Of a DNA stretch of 64,000 bases, positions 48,616-57,400 are shown piece after piece (the stretch's first letter is position 1; each line of letters begins with the position of its first letter). The position numbers were made by a program, and so were the translations under genes. Source of the DNA: an uncultured Pseudobdellovibrionaceae bacterium. Lineage in GTDB: Bacteria; Pseudomonadota; Alphaproteobacteria; Micavibrionales; Micavibrionaceae. The stretch lies in contig CAYGSN010000004.1 of assembly GCA_964352675.1 (NCBI GenBank), positions 51,844-115,843 on the forward strand, in the 5' to 3' direction. The notes under the pieces are model-generated. The model was not told the origin of the DNA and did no database searches. It was given only the letters and a program-made list of their open reading frames with translations.

Positions 48616-50142
48616 CTAGGCCGCGCCTTTGATTTTGGAGATGGAGGAGGTCGTGCTATGGCCGTCATGCATGCCCATCACCTTGACCTGCCCGCCATAA
48701 GATTGCACCGTCGACGCTTCCGGGATCTCTTCCAGATTGTAATCGCCGCCCTTGAAATACACATCCGGCTTCAAGGTTTCGAGCAGCGCAATGGCGGTAT
48801 TATCTTTGCCCGCTTCTTCTGCGCCAAACAGCACCACCATATCGACCGCTCCCAGAGCGCCCAGAACAGCGGCGCGGGCATCCTCATCATGCACAGGGCG
48901 ATCCGGTCCCTTTAGTATACACACCGATTCATCACGGTTCAGCGCGACAATCAGCCGGTCGCAATTCTGCCGCGCTTCATTCAGATAGCTCACATGTCCT
49001 TTATGCAGCACATCAAAGCAGCCATTGGTAAAACCGACTTTCAATCCGCGTGCACGCCAGCGCTTCACATCCTCCGACGCTTCGTCCCAACCCTGTAGCG
49101 GGGCCTGGCGCGTCCGGCTTAATGACGATCTGGACGAATCATCCAGCGCGATTTGCAACTCTTCAAAGCGCACCGGCGCCGTGCCCACCTTTGTCACCAC
49201 AATACTGCCCGCCAGATTGGCCAGTTCCGCCGCCTGCAGCAACTCTGCGCCGGCCGCCATGCCTGCGGCAATTGTCGCAATCACCGCATCCCCCGCGCCG
49301 GACACATCAAACACTTCGATATCACCGACCGAACGGATATGGGCAGGGCTTTGTCCTTTTTGAATCACGCTCATCCCATCTTTGGAGCGCGTTGCGATGA
49401 CGGCTTCAATCCCGCATTCATTAATAATTTTTTCTGCCGCGGCAATGATGGATTCGTCATTGCTCACGGCCATGCCGCGCGCCGCTTCCGACAACTCTTT
49501 CTTGTTCGGCGTAACTACGGTCGCCCCTTTATAGATTGAAAAATCCGCGCCTTTTGGATCTACAATGATTGGAATGTCTTTGTCCTGCGCTTCTTTGATA
49601 ACGGTGTTCAAAATATTCTGCGTTAAAACACCCTTGCCGTAATCGGAAAGCAAAACCGCTCCAACACCGTCCAGCGCCTTTAAAACAGCCCTCAGCACCT
49701 TTTCATGAGCATCGGAAGAAATAGCCTGCTTGCTTTCCTGATCTGTACGCAATAATTGCTGGTGCCCAGCCAGAAAGCGCGTCTTTACGATGGTCGGCCA
49801 TACCGAATCGGTGATTAGAAGATCATCATCGAAGCCCAGGGTTTTAACCTTGTCCCGGACCAGTCGCCCTTCCGCATCGTCACCCACCACACTCACAATC
49901 CGGGCCTGCGCTCCCAGACCGGCCAGATTGGCCAGCGCGTTGCCTGCCCCGCCCAGCATACGCTCCTCCCGTCCGATAGAAAGCACCGGTACCGGGCTTT
50001 CGGGAGAAATCCGTTCAACCGTACCGTATACGAAACGATCCAGCATAATGTCACCGACAACCAAAACACGCTGGTTCTTAATGCGCTGCAATACATTGTG
50101 CAGAACGGCTTTTTCACCAGATTTTTCTTTGTTTTCAGCCAT
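48616..50142 (-). CDS. hldE: bifunctional D-beta-D-heptose 7-phosphate kinase / D-beta-D-heptose 1-phosphate adenylyltransferase
   Basis: 508 aa. N-terminal PfkB-type kinase (GAGDAV). C-terminal cytidylyltransferase (GCFDVLHKGHV). Confidence 0.93.
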   Translation of the reverse strand: MAENKEKSGEKAVLHNVLQRIKNQRVLVVGDIMLDRFVYGTVERISPESPVPVLSIGREERMLGGAGNALANLAGLGAQARIVSVVGDDAEGRLVRDKVKTLGFDDDLLITDSVWPTIVKTRFLAGHQQLLRTDQESKQAISSDAHEKVLRAVLKALDGVGAVLLSDYGKGVLTQNILNTVIKEAQDKDIPIIVDPKGADFSIYKGATVVTPNKKELSEAARGMAVSNDESIIAAAEKIINECGIEAVIATRSKDGMSVIQKGQSPAHIRSVGDIEVFDVSGAGDAVIATIAAGMAAGAELLQAAELANLAGSIVVTKVGTAPVRFEELQIALDDSSRSSLSRTRQAPLQGWDEASEDVKRWRARGLKVGFTNGCFDVLHKGHVSYLNEARQNCDRLIVALNRDESVCILKGPDRPVHDEDARAAVLGALGAVDMVVLFGAEEAGKDNTAIALLETLKPDVYFKGGDYNLEEIPEASTVQSYGGQVKVMGMHDGHSTTSSISKIKGAA

Positions 50143-50304
50143 TTTCCTGCTTTTTCCCCTAAAAACTCCAGAATTGTTAAGAATGCCCCGTTTTTATGCC
50201 GTTTTGTTAGGAATTCGTCAATCTTTCTCGTGTTTAATAAAGGGGTGGAAACGGGCAAACATGGCGGAATAGCTAAGTAAACACCAAAGGGACCAGATAG
50301 AAAA

Positions 50305-51288
50305 ATGAGTGGCACAAAGCAAGAAAATCACCAACCAAGAGTTTTAAAGCGCAAAAAGCGCGGCATCCTCCAGGACATGAAATATATGGTGAACCGCAGC
50401 CGCCTCGGCGAGCTTCTGGTGTCCAAAGGGCTAGTCTCCCCACAAGATTTACGTTTTGCTCTGGCCACCCAGAAGCAAACTCACAAACCTCTGGGCCAGG
50501 TTTTCATCTCTGAGAACATGATTTCACAGCGCGATCTGACATTACTTTTGATGCGTCAGACTTTGCTACGCATGGCTGCCGCGTTTTTGCTCTGCGCCGC
50601 TTCGATTTCCATTATCGGCGTTAAGCGCGCCAAGGCCGATTCGATCCAGGATGTGCCAGCCAAGATTTCTGTTGCCTTTTCACAAGCCAGCGCAGCCAGC
50701 TATCCGAAAATCGGATCTTATCCGGCGCTGTTCGGCTCGGCGGAAAAGCGCTCCGGCAATCTTGAGCCTTTTACAAAATGGACCAGCATGTTCAAACGTT
50801 TTGAGCGCGAATTAAACACGACCAGCGCGATGACCGTTATCGCTCAGTGGCAGGAAAATCTGCGCGACATTCAGGGCGGCTCCCTGAAGACAATGGCTGA
50901 CCGGGTCAACACCATGGTTAACAAGACACGCTATATCGTAGACTCCCGCAACTGGGGTCAAAGCGATTACTGGGCCACACCGGTTGAATTCCTGCAGCGT
51001 GGAGGCGATTGTGAAGACTACGCAATCACAAAATACACTGCCCTGCGTGCAATGGGCGTGCCGGAAGAGCGCCTGAGAATCGCCATTGTCCACGACAATC
51101 TCAAAAACATCCCGCATGCCGTTCTGGTGGTCTACACCAATGAAGGCACCTTTATTCTGGACAACCAGAATGAAGACATGCTGGACGGCGAACGCGGCAA
51201 GCGCTACCGTCCGATCTTCTCCATCAACCGTCAAGCTTGGTGGCTGCATACCCAGGGCGGGGACACGGTTCTGGCCTCTGCAGAATAA
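50305..51288 (+). CDS. MshEN-like c-di-GMP-binding module / TM helix / BTLCP (LapG-like, Peptidase C93) cysteine protease fusion
   Basis: Residues 33-85: RLGELLVSKGLVSPQDLRFALATQ-KQTHK-PLGQVFISENMISQRDLTLLLMRQ. Residues 86-106: hydrophobic helix. Then the BTLCP triad blocks GGDCEDYA (C236), PHAVLVV (H271) and ILDN (D286). Confidence 0.75.
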   Translation: MSGTKQENHQPRVLKRKKRGILQDMKYMVNRSRLGELLVSKGLVSPQDLRFALATQKQTHKPLGQVFISENMISQRDLTLLLMRQTLLRMAAAFLLCAASISIIGVKRAKADSIQDVPAKISVAFSQASAASYPKIGSYPALFGSAEKRSGNLEPFTKWTSMFKRFERELNTTSAMTVIAQWQENLRDIQGGSLKTMADRVNTMVNKTRYIVDSRNWGQSDYWATPVEFLQRGGDCEDYAITKYTALRAMGVPEERLRIAIVHDNLKNIPHAVLVVYTNEGTFILDNQNEDMLDGERGKRYRPIFSINRQAWWLHTQGGDTVLASAE

Positions 51289-51593
51289 GTATCAAGGTTA
51301 AGCAAAAAGATCCTTATCAAATATCGGGGGCACAGAGAATCGTCTGCGAATGATTCGCGATTCGGTCTGTAATAGCCCACAAGACGGTATTATAAGACCT
51401 TTGCAAAGCCCCCTTCTTGTCTCCTCTCGTCATCTTAACCCCGCCTTCCAACCGCTGGATATAGAGGATAAAATCCCTATTCAACTTTTTTTTGCTGTGT
51501 GTAAGCGCAGGGATATCTCTCTTAAGGTGCTGATTTTTCTCAATTCCGGTTATGCACATCACCCTTTTAGGAATATAATCATATGGACGAATA

Positions 51594-51641
51594 CCACGAG
51601 ATGTAGTAGCTTGGATAATAGATAAACACTACGGATAGTGG
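51594..51641. promoter_or_regulatory. tandem NrdR-box-like sites upstream of nrdA
   Basis: ccaCgAgATgTaGtag (51594-51609, 10/16) and acaCtAcggaTaGtgg (51626-51641, 12/16), scored against acaCwAtATaTwGtgt. The 32-nt start-to-start spacing is identical to that of the stronger nrdB pair. Confidence 0.4.
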
Positions 51642-51650
51642 TTTTCCTGC

Positions 51651-51659
51651 TTATCCACA
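51651..51659 (+). promoter_or_regulatory. perfect consensus DnaA box
   Basis: TTATCCACA, 87-95 nt upstream of the nrdA ATG. Confidence 0.5.
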
Positions 51660-51745
51660 TTCCCAAAAATAGTTCTTTGTAAAGAGTGCATCTCGGCCCA
51701 AAGACGTTATATATAAATAAGAAACCTGCATAAGGAGTAAGGCTC

Positions 51746-53593
51746 ATGTTTGACGTTGCGCAAATGGAGAGGGGTAATCGCGTCCAGATAGACCGGTCCC
51801 GCGATGAAAATCTCACCACATTCGGGAAGGCGACCCTGACCGACCGGTATCTGATGCCGGAAGAATCCTATCAAGATCTGTTTGCGCGCAACGGTATGTA
51901 TTACGGTGACGACAGCGAACACGCCCAACGTCTGTACGATTACATCTCCAAACTCTGGTTTATGCCCTCCACGCCCGTCCTGTCCAATGGTGGAACAAGC
52001 CGCGGCCTGCCAATCTCCTGCTTCCTTAACGAAACACAGGACAGCCTCGAGGACATTGTCTCCCTGTGGAATGAGAATGTCTGGCTTGCCTCGCTTGGCG
52101 GCGGCATCGGCTCTTACTGGGGCAATGTCCGCTCCATCGGTGAGAAGGTTGGCCGCAACGGGAAAACCAGCGGTATTGTACCGTTCATCCGCGTGATGGA
52201 TTCCCTCACCCTGGCGATTTCACAAGGCTCTCTGCGCCGTGGCTCTGCTGCGATTTACCTGCCTATCTGGCACCCCGAAATTGAAGAATTTATCGAGATC
52301 CGCCGTCCGACCGGAGGTGACCCGAACCGTAAAGCCCTGAACCTGCATCACGGCGTACTGGTCAACAACGCCTTCATGATTGCGGTTGAAAACGACGAGC
52401 AGTGGGCTTTAAAGTCACCTAAGGACAACAGCGTCGTTGATAAAGTTTCCGCGCGTGATTTGTGGATCCGCCTGCTGACCGCCCGCGTTGAAACCGGCGA
52501 GCCTTACATCGTTTACATCGATCATGTGAATGATCAAATTCCTGCGCACCACAAAATGGCCGGGTTGAACGTGAAAATGTCCAATCTGTGTTCCGAAATT
52601 ACGCTTCCTACAGGTGTCGATCATCTGGGCAACGACCGCACGGCGGTGTGCTGCCTGTCCTCGCTTAATCTTGAGAAATGGGATGAGTGGAAAGATCACC
52701 CAACCTTTATCGAAGATGTGATGCGGTTCCTGGACAATGTTCTCTCCGACTTCATTGCCAAGGCGCCGGATTCCATGAAGCGTGCAAAATACGCCGCGAT
52801 GCGTGAGCGTTCTGTCGGCCTCGGCGTGATGGGCTTCCACTCCTTCCTGCAATCAAAAATGATTCCGATGGAAGGCGTGATGGCGAAAGTCTGGAACCGC
52901 CGGATTTTCCAACACATTAAACGCCAGGCGGACGATGCCTCCGTAAAACTGGCTGAAGAACGCGGGCCATGCCCCGATGCGGCCGATTACGGCATCATGG
53001 AGCGGTTCTCGAATAAAATGGCCATTGCGCCGACGGCTTCGATCTCTATCATTTGCGGCGGCGCCAGCCCCGGGATTGAGCCCAATGCGGCCAATGCCTA
53101 TACGCACAAGACACTCTCCGGATCTTTCCCGGTCAAGAACAAGTTCCTGATGCAGTTGCTGGAAGAAAAAGGCCAGAACACCGAAGATATCTGGAGTTCG
53201 ATCTTCACCAATGAAGGTTCGGTTCAGCATCTTGATTTCCTGAGCCAGGACGAAAAAGACGTCTTCAAAACCGCCTTTGAGATTGACCAGCGCTGGCTGA
53301 TCGAACATGCGGCCGACCGCACGCCTTATGTGTGTCAGGCACAATCGCTCAACATCTTTCTGCCCGGCAACGTACACAAAGCCGATCTTCACCGTGTGCA
53401 TTTTGATGCCTGGAAGAAGGGCGTGAAGTCCCTGTATTACTGCCGCTCGAAATCTGTACAACGCGCCGAAAGTGATGCCTCATGGAAACGCGCCCAAGCC
53501 GATGATGACAGGCGCAATCAGGAAGAGGATCAAGGTGCACTCGGCGACGGCACCGGCGGAAGCATGTACGAAGAGTGCCTCGCCTGTCAGTAA
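51746..53593 (+). CDS. nrdA: class I ribonucleoside-diphosphate reductase alpha subunit (no ATP cone)
   Basis: 615 aa. PSTPVLSNGG, SCFL, NLCSEI (catalytic Cys/Glu region), PTASIS, YY C-terminal region and terminal CLAC redox pair. AAGGAG Shine-Dalgarno sequence. Confidence 0.93.
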   Translation: MFDVAQMERGNRVQIDRSRDENLTTFGKATLTDRYLMPEESYQDLFARNGMYYGDDSEHAQRLYDYISKLWFMPSTPVLSNGGTSRGLPISCFLNETQDSLEDIVSLWNENVWLASLGGGIGSYWGNVRSIGEKVGRNGKTSGIVPFIRVMDSLTLAISQGSLRRGSAAIYLPIWHPEIEEFIEIRRPTGGDPNRKALNLHHGVLVNNAFMIAVENDEQWALKSPKDNSVVDKVSARDLWIRLLTARVETGEPYIVYIDHVNDQIPAHHKMAGLNVKMSNLCSEITLPTGVDHLGNDRTAVCCLSSLNLEKWDEWKDHPTFIEDVMRFLDNVLSDFIAKAPDSMKRAKYAAMRERSVGLGVMGFHSFLQSKMIPMEGVMAKVWNRRIFQHIKRQADDASVKLAEERGPCPDAADYGIMERFSNKMAIAPTASISIICGGASPGIEPNAANAYTHKTLSGSFPVKNKFLMQLLEEKGQNTEDIWSSIFTNEGSVQHLDFLSQDEKDVFKTAFEIDQRWLIEHAADRTPYVCQAQSLNIFLPGNVHKADLHRVHFDAWKKGVKSLYYCRSKSVQRAESDASWKRAQADDDRRNQEEDQGALGDGTGGSMYEECLACQ

Positions 53594-53617
53594 GGCCCCT
53601 CTAAAAAGAATCCTTTG

Positions 53618-53657
53618 AAAAAGCGCCGGAAAATTCTTGGCGCTTTTTTTGTTTTTT
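53618..53657 (+). terminator. rho-independent terminator after nrdA
   Basis: AAAAAGCGCC-ggaaaattctt-GGCGCTTTTTTTGTTTTTT, 25 nt after the nrdA stop. Confidence 0.8.
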
Positions 53658-53848
53658 CAGGAACTTTTTTAAACCCGGGCTGTTGGGATACGCACGAACG
53701 ACAGGGGTGCTCCCTTTTTTAACAGCTGAGAACACACCCTTCGAACCTGCGTCAGGTAATGCTGTTGCAGGGAGTTGTTCAAAAGGAGCCTCGTACTCTT
53801 TATACAAGAGTGCGGGGCTTCCCTGTTTTGCAAAATTTTACTTGAAAA

Positions 53849-53896
53849 CCACAATATATAGTGTATTTTATACATTATAAGCACAATATATGCTTA
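53849..53896. promoter_or_regulatory. tandem NrdR boxes upstream of nrdB
   Basis: ccaCaAtATaTaGtgt (53849-53864, 15/16 to acaCwAtATaTwGtgt) and gcaCaAtATaTgcTta (53881-53896, 11/16, left half perfect). 32-nt start-to-start spacing. Confidence 0.7.
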
Positions 53897-54038
53897 TCCT
53901 AACCTGAAAATTTTCTTTGTTGTTTTATCCCCGCAATCCCCATGCCGGACCGAAGAAAAGACTCGGAAAAGCCTTTCAGGTCTCTACACTTTGTGCATGA
54001 AGTAAGAAACGATTCGAATTTAAAGAAGGAGTAAAACC

Positions 54039-55118
54039 ATGGGCGGAGAAGCCATTACCAAAGATGCCACCAATTCAAATTCACCCCTTTTACAGGAGCG
54101 CCACGTTTACAAACCGTTCCTCTATCCCTGGTGTTATGAGGCCTGGCTGACGCAGCAGCGCATTCACTGGCTACCCGAAGAGGTGCCGCTGGCCGAAGAT
54201 GTCCGTGACTGGAAGAAGAACCTGACGCCGTCTGAAAAAAATTTGATGACCCAGATTTTCCGTTTCTTCACCCAGGCCGATGTTGAAGTGAACAATTGCT
54301 ACATGAAACACTACTCCCAGGTCTTCGGCCCGGTGGAAGTGCAGATGATGCTCGCGGCCTTTTCTAACATTGAAACGGTGCACATTGCCGCCTATTCCCA
54401 TTTGCTTGACACGATCGGCATGCCGGAAACTGAATATTCCGCCTTCCTCGAATATAAGGAAATGAAGGACAAATTCGACTATATGCAGGATGTGTCGATG
54501 AAGGACCGCCGTGATGTTGCAAAAACCATGGCGATGTTCGGCGCTTTTACCGAAGGGCTGGCGCTGTTTGCTTCTTTCGCCATTCTCATGAATTTCCCGC
54601 GCTTCAACAAGATGAAAGGTATGGGGCAGATCGTAACTTGGTCGGTGCGCGACGAAACACTCCACTGTCTATCGATGATCCGCCTGTTCAACACGTTCAT
54701 TGATGAGAACCAAGATATCTGGGATGATGAATTGCGGGCTGAAATCACGGAATGCTGTAAAATCACGGTCGAGCATGAGGATGCCTTTATTGATTTGTGT
54801 TTCGAAATGGGCGAGATCGAAGGCATGGCCCCGGAAGATGTGAAACAATATATCCGCTATATCGGCGACCGCCGTTTGCAGCAGCTGAATATGGAGCCAA
54901 TTTACGGCGTCACCAAAAACCCGCTGCCGTGGATGGATGAGATGCTGAACGGCGCGGAGCACACGAACTTCTTTGAAAACCGTGCGACGGAATATTCCAA
55001 AGCCTCCACACAGGGCACATGGGAAGAAGCCTTCAGCAACGATATCTTCAGCGGAAATTACGGCAAGAAAATCGGCGGCACCGATGACGATAGCGGAGAA
55101 CAAGTCGCCGCCGAGTAA
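54039..55118 (+). CDS. nrdB: class I ribonucleoside-diphosphate reductase beta subunit
   Basis: 359 aa. Di-iron ligand blocks FFTQADVEV, ETVHIAAYS, FTEGLALFASF and RDETLH. Acidic C-terminal tail. AAGGAG Shine-Dalgarno sequence. Confidence 0.93.
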   Translation: MGGEAITKDATNSNSPLLQERHVYKPFLYPWCYEAWLTQQRIHWLPEEVPLAEDVRDWKKNLTPSEKNLMTQIFRFFTQADVEVNNCYMKHYSQVFGPVEVQMMLAAFSNIETVHIAAYSHLLDTIGMPETEYSAFLEYKEMKDKFDYMQDVSMKDRRDVAKTMAMFGAFTEGLALFASFAILMNFPRFNKMKGMGQIVTWSVRDETLHCLSMIRLFNTFIDENQDIWDDELRAEITECCKITVEHEDAFIDLCFEMGEIEGMAPEDVKQYIRYIGDRRLQQLNMEPIYGVTKNPLPWMDEMLNGAEHTNFFENRATEYSKASTQGTWEEAFSNDIFSGNYGKKIGGTDDDSGEQVAAE

Positions 55119-55167
55119 GCCGCAACATTTTAATACTGCGTACCCCTGATGATCAGGGAACACCAAG

Positions 55168-55224
55168 AAGCCGCCCGGCTATTCACGTATTCTTTTAGGG
55201 GATACATTTCGGGCGGCTTTTTTT
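55168..55224 (+). terminator. probable terminator after nrdB
   Basis: AAGCCGCCCG ... CGGGCGGCTT followed by TTTTTTT. The loop is unusually long (about 32 nt), which lowers confidence. Confidence 0.5.
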
Positions 55225-55244
55225 GTGCGCAAAAAGAACAGGGC

Positions 55245-56039
55245 CTAACCCGCCTTGAATTCTCCAAACGGGAAAGGAGCGATATTGGTGTGCTGCGGAA
55301 CTTCAACGCCGCGCACACATTCGGCAAGCACAGGAACGTGACTGTCGTTTAGCAAATTCACAACACCCGCAATTCTTTCTCCTATCTGAGCACGCACGAG
55401 CAATCCAGGCGCTTCATTAAAACCCTCCATTTCACGATGGATATAATCCGAAACTGTTTCTACCGCCGCCGTAACGATCGGATGATCGGACGGAAAATCA
55501 TGGCAGGAATCCTGCGCCGCGACAACAAGATGCATAACAGACATGCGTGCCAGGCTGTTTTTAAAGGCTTCCAGCATACCCCGATGCAAAACCTGGTGGT
55601 TGGGATACCTCTGTAGAATTTCATCGTAATGCCGAGTGATTTCGTCGGCCACAATGCGCAGCACGCCCACAGACACCTCAGCCCCGTCACAAACACTCTC
55701 CAGGGCCCTGTACATTTCCGTCTGAAAAACCCGCTGGTCCGCCGGAACGGAAGTGGCAAGATTGACGATCTCCATCACCCTGTCCTGGGGCAGACTGTCC
55801 ACCATTAAACCGGCGCAACGATCACCGATAATGCGCTGGACCTCCTCATCTTGGGGGAATTTCTTCAAAACATCTTTAAGAATCGAAGTATTCAGGGCTG
55901 GATATGCCTCAAGACCGAGAGCCTCCTCCACGGCAACAATGCCCACGGCTTCCAATTTATACCGTTTGATCACATCCGTAATCCGGGCAACTTCCCGCTG
56001 CCGGTTCCAAGGCTCAGTCAAAAGAGTATACGAGGCCAT
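55245..56039 (-). CDS. hypothetical protein
   Basis: 264 aa from ATG 56039 (MASYTLLTEPW), with GGAGGG 4 nt upstream. No recognisable motif. Confidence 0.5.
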   Translation of the reverse strand: MASYTLLTEPWNRQREVARITDVIKRYKLEAVGIVAVEEALGLEAYPALNTSILKDVLKKFPQDEEVQRIIGDRCAGLMVDSLPQDRVMEIVNLATSVPADQRVFQTEMYRALESVCDGAEVSVGVLRIVADEITRHYDEILQRYPNHQVLHRGMLEAFKNSLARMSVMHLVVAAQDSCHDFPSDHPIVTAAVETVSDYIHREMEGFNEAPGLLVRAQIGERIAGVVNLLNDSHVPVLAECVRGVEVPQHTNIAPFPFGEFKAG

Positions 56040-56170
56040 TTGCCCTCCGAATTTCATAAGTATGAGATAATTTTTATATTACCTTAAGAAAAATGGCAAA
56101 GTTTTTTGTAACAAAAAGTGCAATTTTTTCGAATTTGACGATATAAACGCATATAGAAAAGGCTTATTCC

Positions 56171-56593
56171 ATGCAAAAAATTCTAATTCTTCCTGTTTTA
56201 TTGGTGCTTCTCATGATTCCGGCCGTGCCGGGTATGGCCGCCCGAAACGCGCCTGAGCCAAAGCTTACAGGCGTTTTGTTTTACGCCGATTGGTGCGGCA
56301 ATTGCAAAATTCTGGAGCCAAATCTGGAACCGGTCCGCAACGCCGCGCTGGAAAACAGAGATGACATTCTGTTCATCAGGATGGATTTCACCGATAAACC
56401 CCGCATTCATCAATCGCTGCTGCATGCCCAGGCCCTGGGGATCGGCGATTATGTGCGGCAGCAAGGCAGCGCAACGGGATATTTCGTATTGCTGGACGCC
56501 GCCACCCATGAAGAGCTCGCCCGCTTTCACAGCGACAGCACGCAGGATGGTATCAAAAACGCTCTGGACGATGCGCTAAATCGCGAAGATTAA
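56171..56593 (+). CDS. periplasmic thioredoxin-fold protein
   Basis: Signal peptide MQKILILPVLLVLLMIPAVPGMA. Active site FYADWCGNCKILEP. Confidence 0.75.
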   Translation: MQKILILPVLLVLLMIPAVPGMAARNAPEPKLTGVLFYADWCGNCKILEPNLEPVRNAALENRDDILFIRMDFTDKPRIHQSLLHAQALGIGDYVRQQGSATGYFVLLDAATHEELARFHSDSTQDGIKNALDDALNRED

Positions 56594-56597
56594 ATCT

Positions 56598-57281
56598 CTA
56601 AGAGGCTTTGGGGAAAGGATAGGGACCTTTGGCGGAATCAAGGCCCGCATCATCCGCCATCTTCATAAGCTCAGCTTCACGCAGCAAACGGGTTGCAACC
56701 ACCCGCAAGGGATGATCTTCGGGGCGCTGCCTGCCGATCTGATCGCGTAGGATATCTTTATGCGCGTTATATTTCAAACTCTGCATCGGGCTGCTATAGC
56801 CCTTAGGCCCTGTATTAAATTGTTCCCTGACACAGTCCTCATAGCGCTCAACCAAAAACCCCATGATGCGCTCATAGGTTTTTGAAGAAACCCTGCCTGC
56901 ATCCTTCAAATCGTCCAGAACGTCTACCGTATCGGTAATATCGCCTGTCCGTTTATAATCCCTGTCGCCCCTTTTGAGCCATGTTTCCAGGCGGGACTGA
57001 CAATAATCCTGCAATTTTGATCCATCTGGTGCAATAACCAGAAATGCCATGATCGCTTTGATATCATGGCCATGAAGCTTAAAAGCTTTGTCAAATGCTG
57101 CTTCTTCCTTAATCACGCGCCGCGCACCTACCACTGCTGAGTCTGCGGTCAGGCGCCAATCCGCCGCGCGGGCAAAGACCGACCGGCGCAGAGGGCTATC
57201 CTCCAGCCCGGCAATGGCCCGGCCGCAAGCGGCAGCAAATAACCCTGAAACGGAACGTGTGATCGAAAAATTGTGTAACAT
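56598..57281 (-). CDS. hypothetical protein
   Basis: 227 aa, helical and charged. No motif recognised. Confidence 0.45.
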   Translation of the reverse strand: MLHNFSITRSVSGLFAAACGRAIAGLEDSPLRRSVFARAADWRLTADSAVVGARRVIKEEAAFDKAFKLHGHDIKAIMAFLVIAPDGSKLQDYCQSRLETWLKRGDRDYKRTGDITDTVDVLDDLKDAGRVSSKTYERIMGFLVERYEDCVREQFNTGPKGYSSPMQSLKYNAHKDILRDQIGRQRPEDHPLRVVATRLLREAELMKMADDAGLDSAKGPYPFPKAS

Positions 57282-57344
57282 ACTCTATATACTCAGCCTT
57301 TTAAAACAACAGCGCTTACTATAACACCCCTTAAATATTTATGT

Positions 57345-57380
57345 CAAACAAAGAAAAAGGGGAGTTCCATTGCCCCTTTT
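57345..57380 (-). terminator. rho-independent terminator after the dockerin-like gene
   Basis: Reverse strand reads AAAAGGGG-caatggaact-CCCCTTTTTCTTTGTTTG, starting 20 nt after the stop at 57401. Confidence 0.7.
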
Positions 57381-57400
57381 CCCATATTTTCACTCACCTT

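Noticed and set aside
51317-51819. ORFs of 81, 91 and 86 aa in the nrdA leader
   Set aside because: There are no ribosome-binding sites, the frames mutually overlap, and the composition is poor. The region is better explained as regulatory or leader DNA.
53601-53880. ORFs of 68, 71 and 65 aa in the nrdA-nrdB spacer
   Set aside because: They overlap the nrdA terminator and the NrdR boxes, lack ribosome-binding sites and have no coding-like composition.
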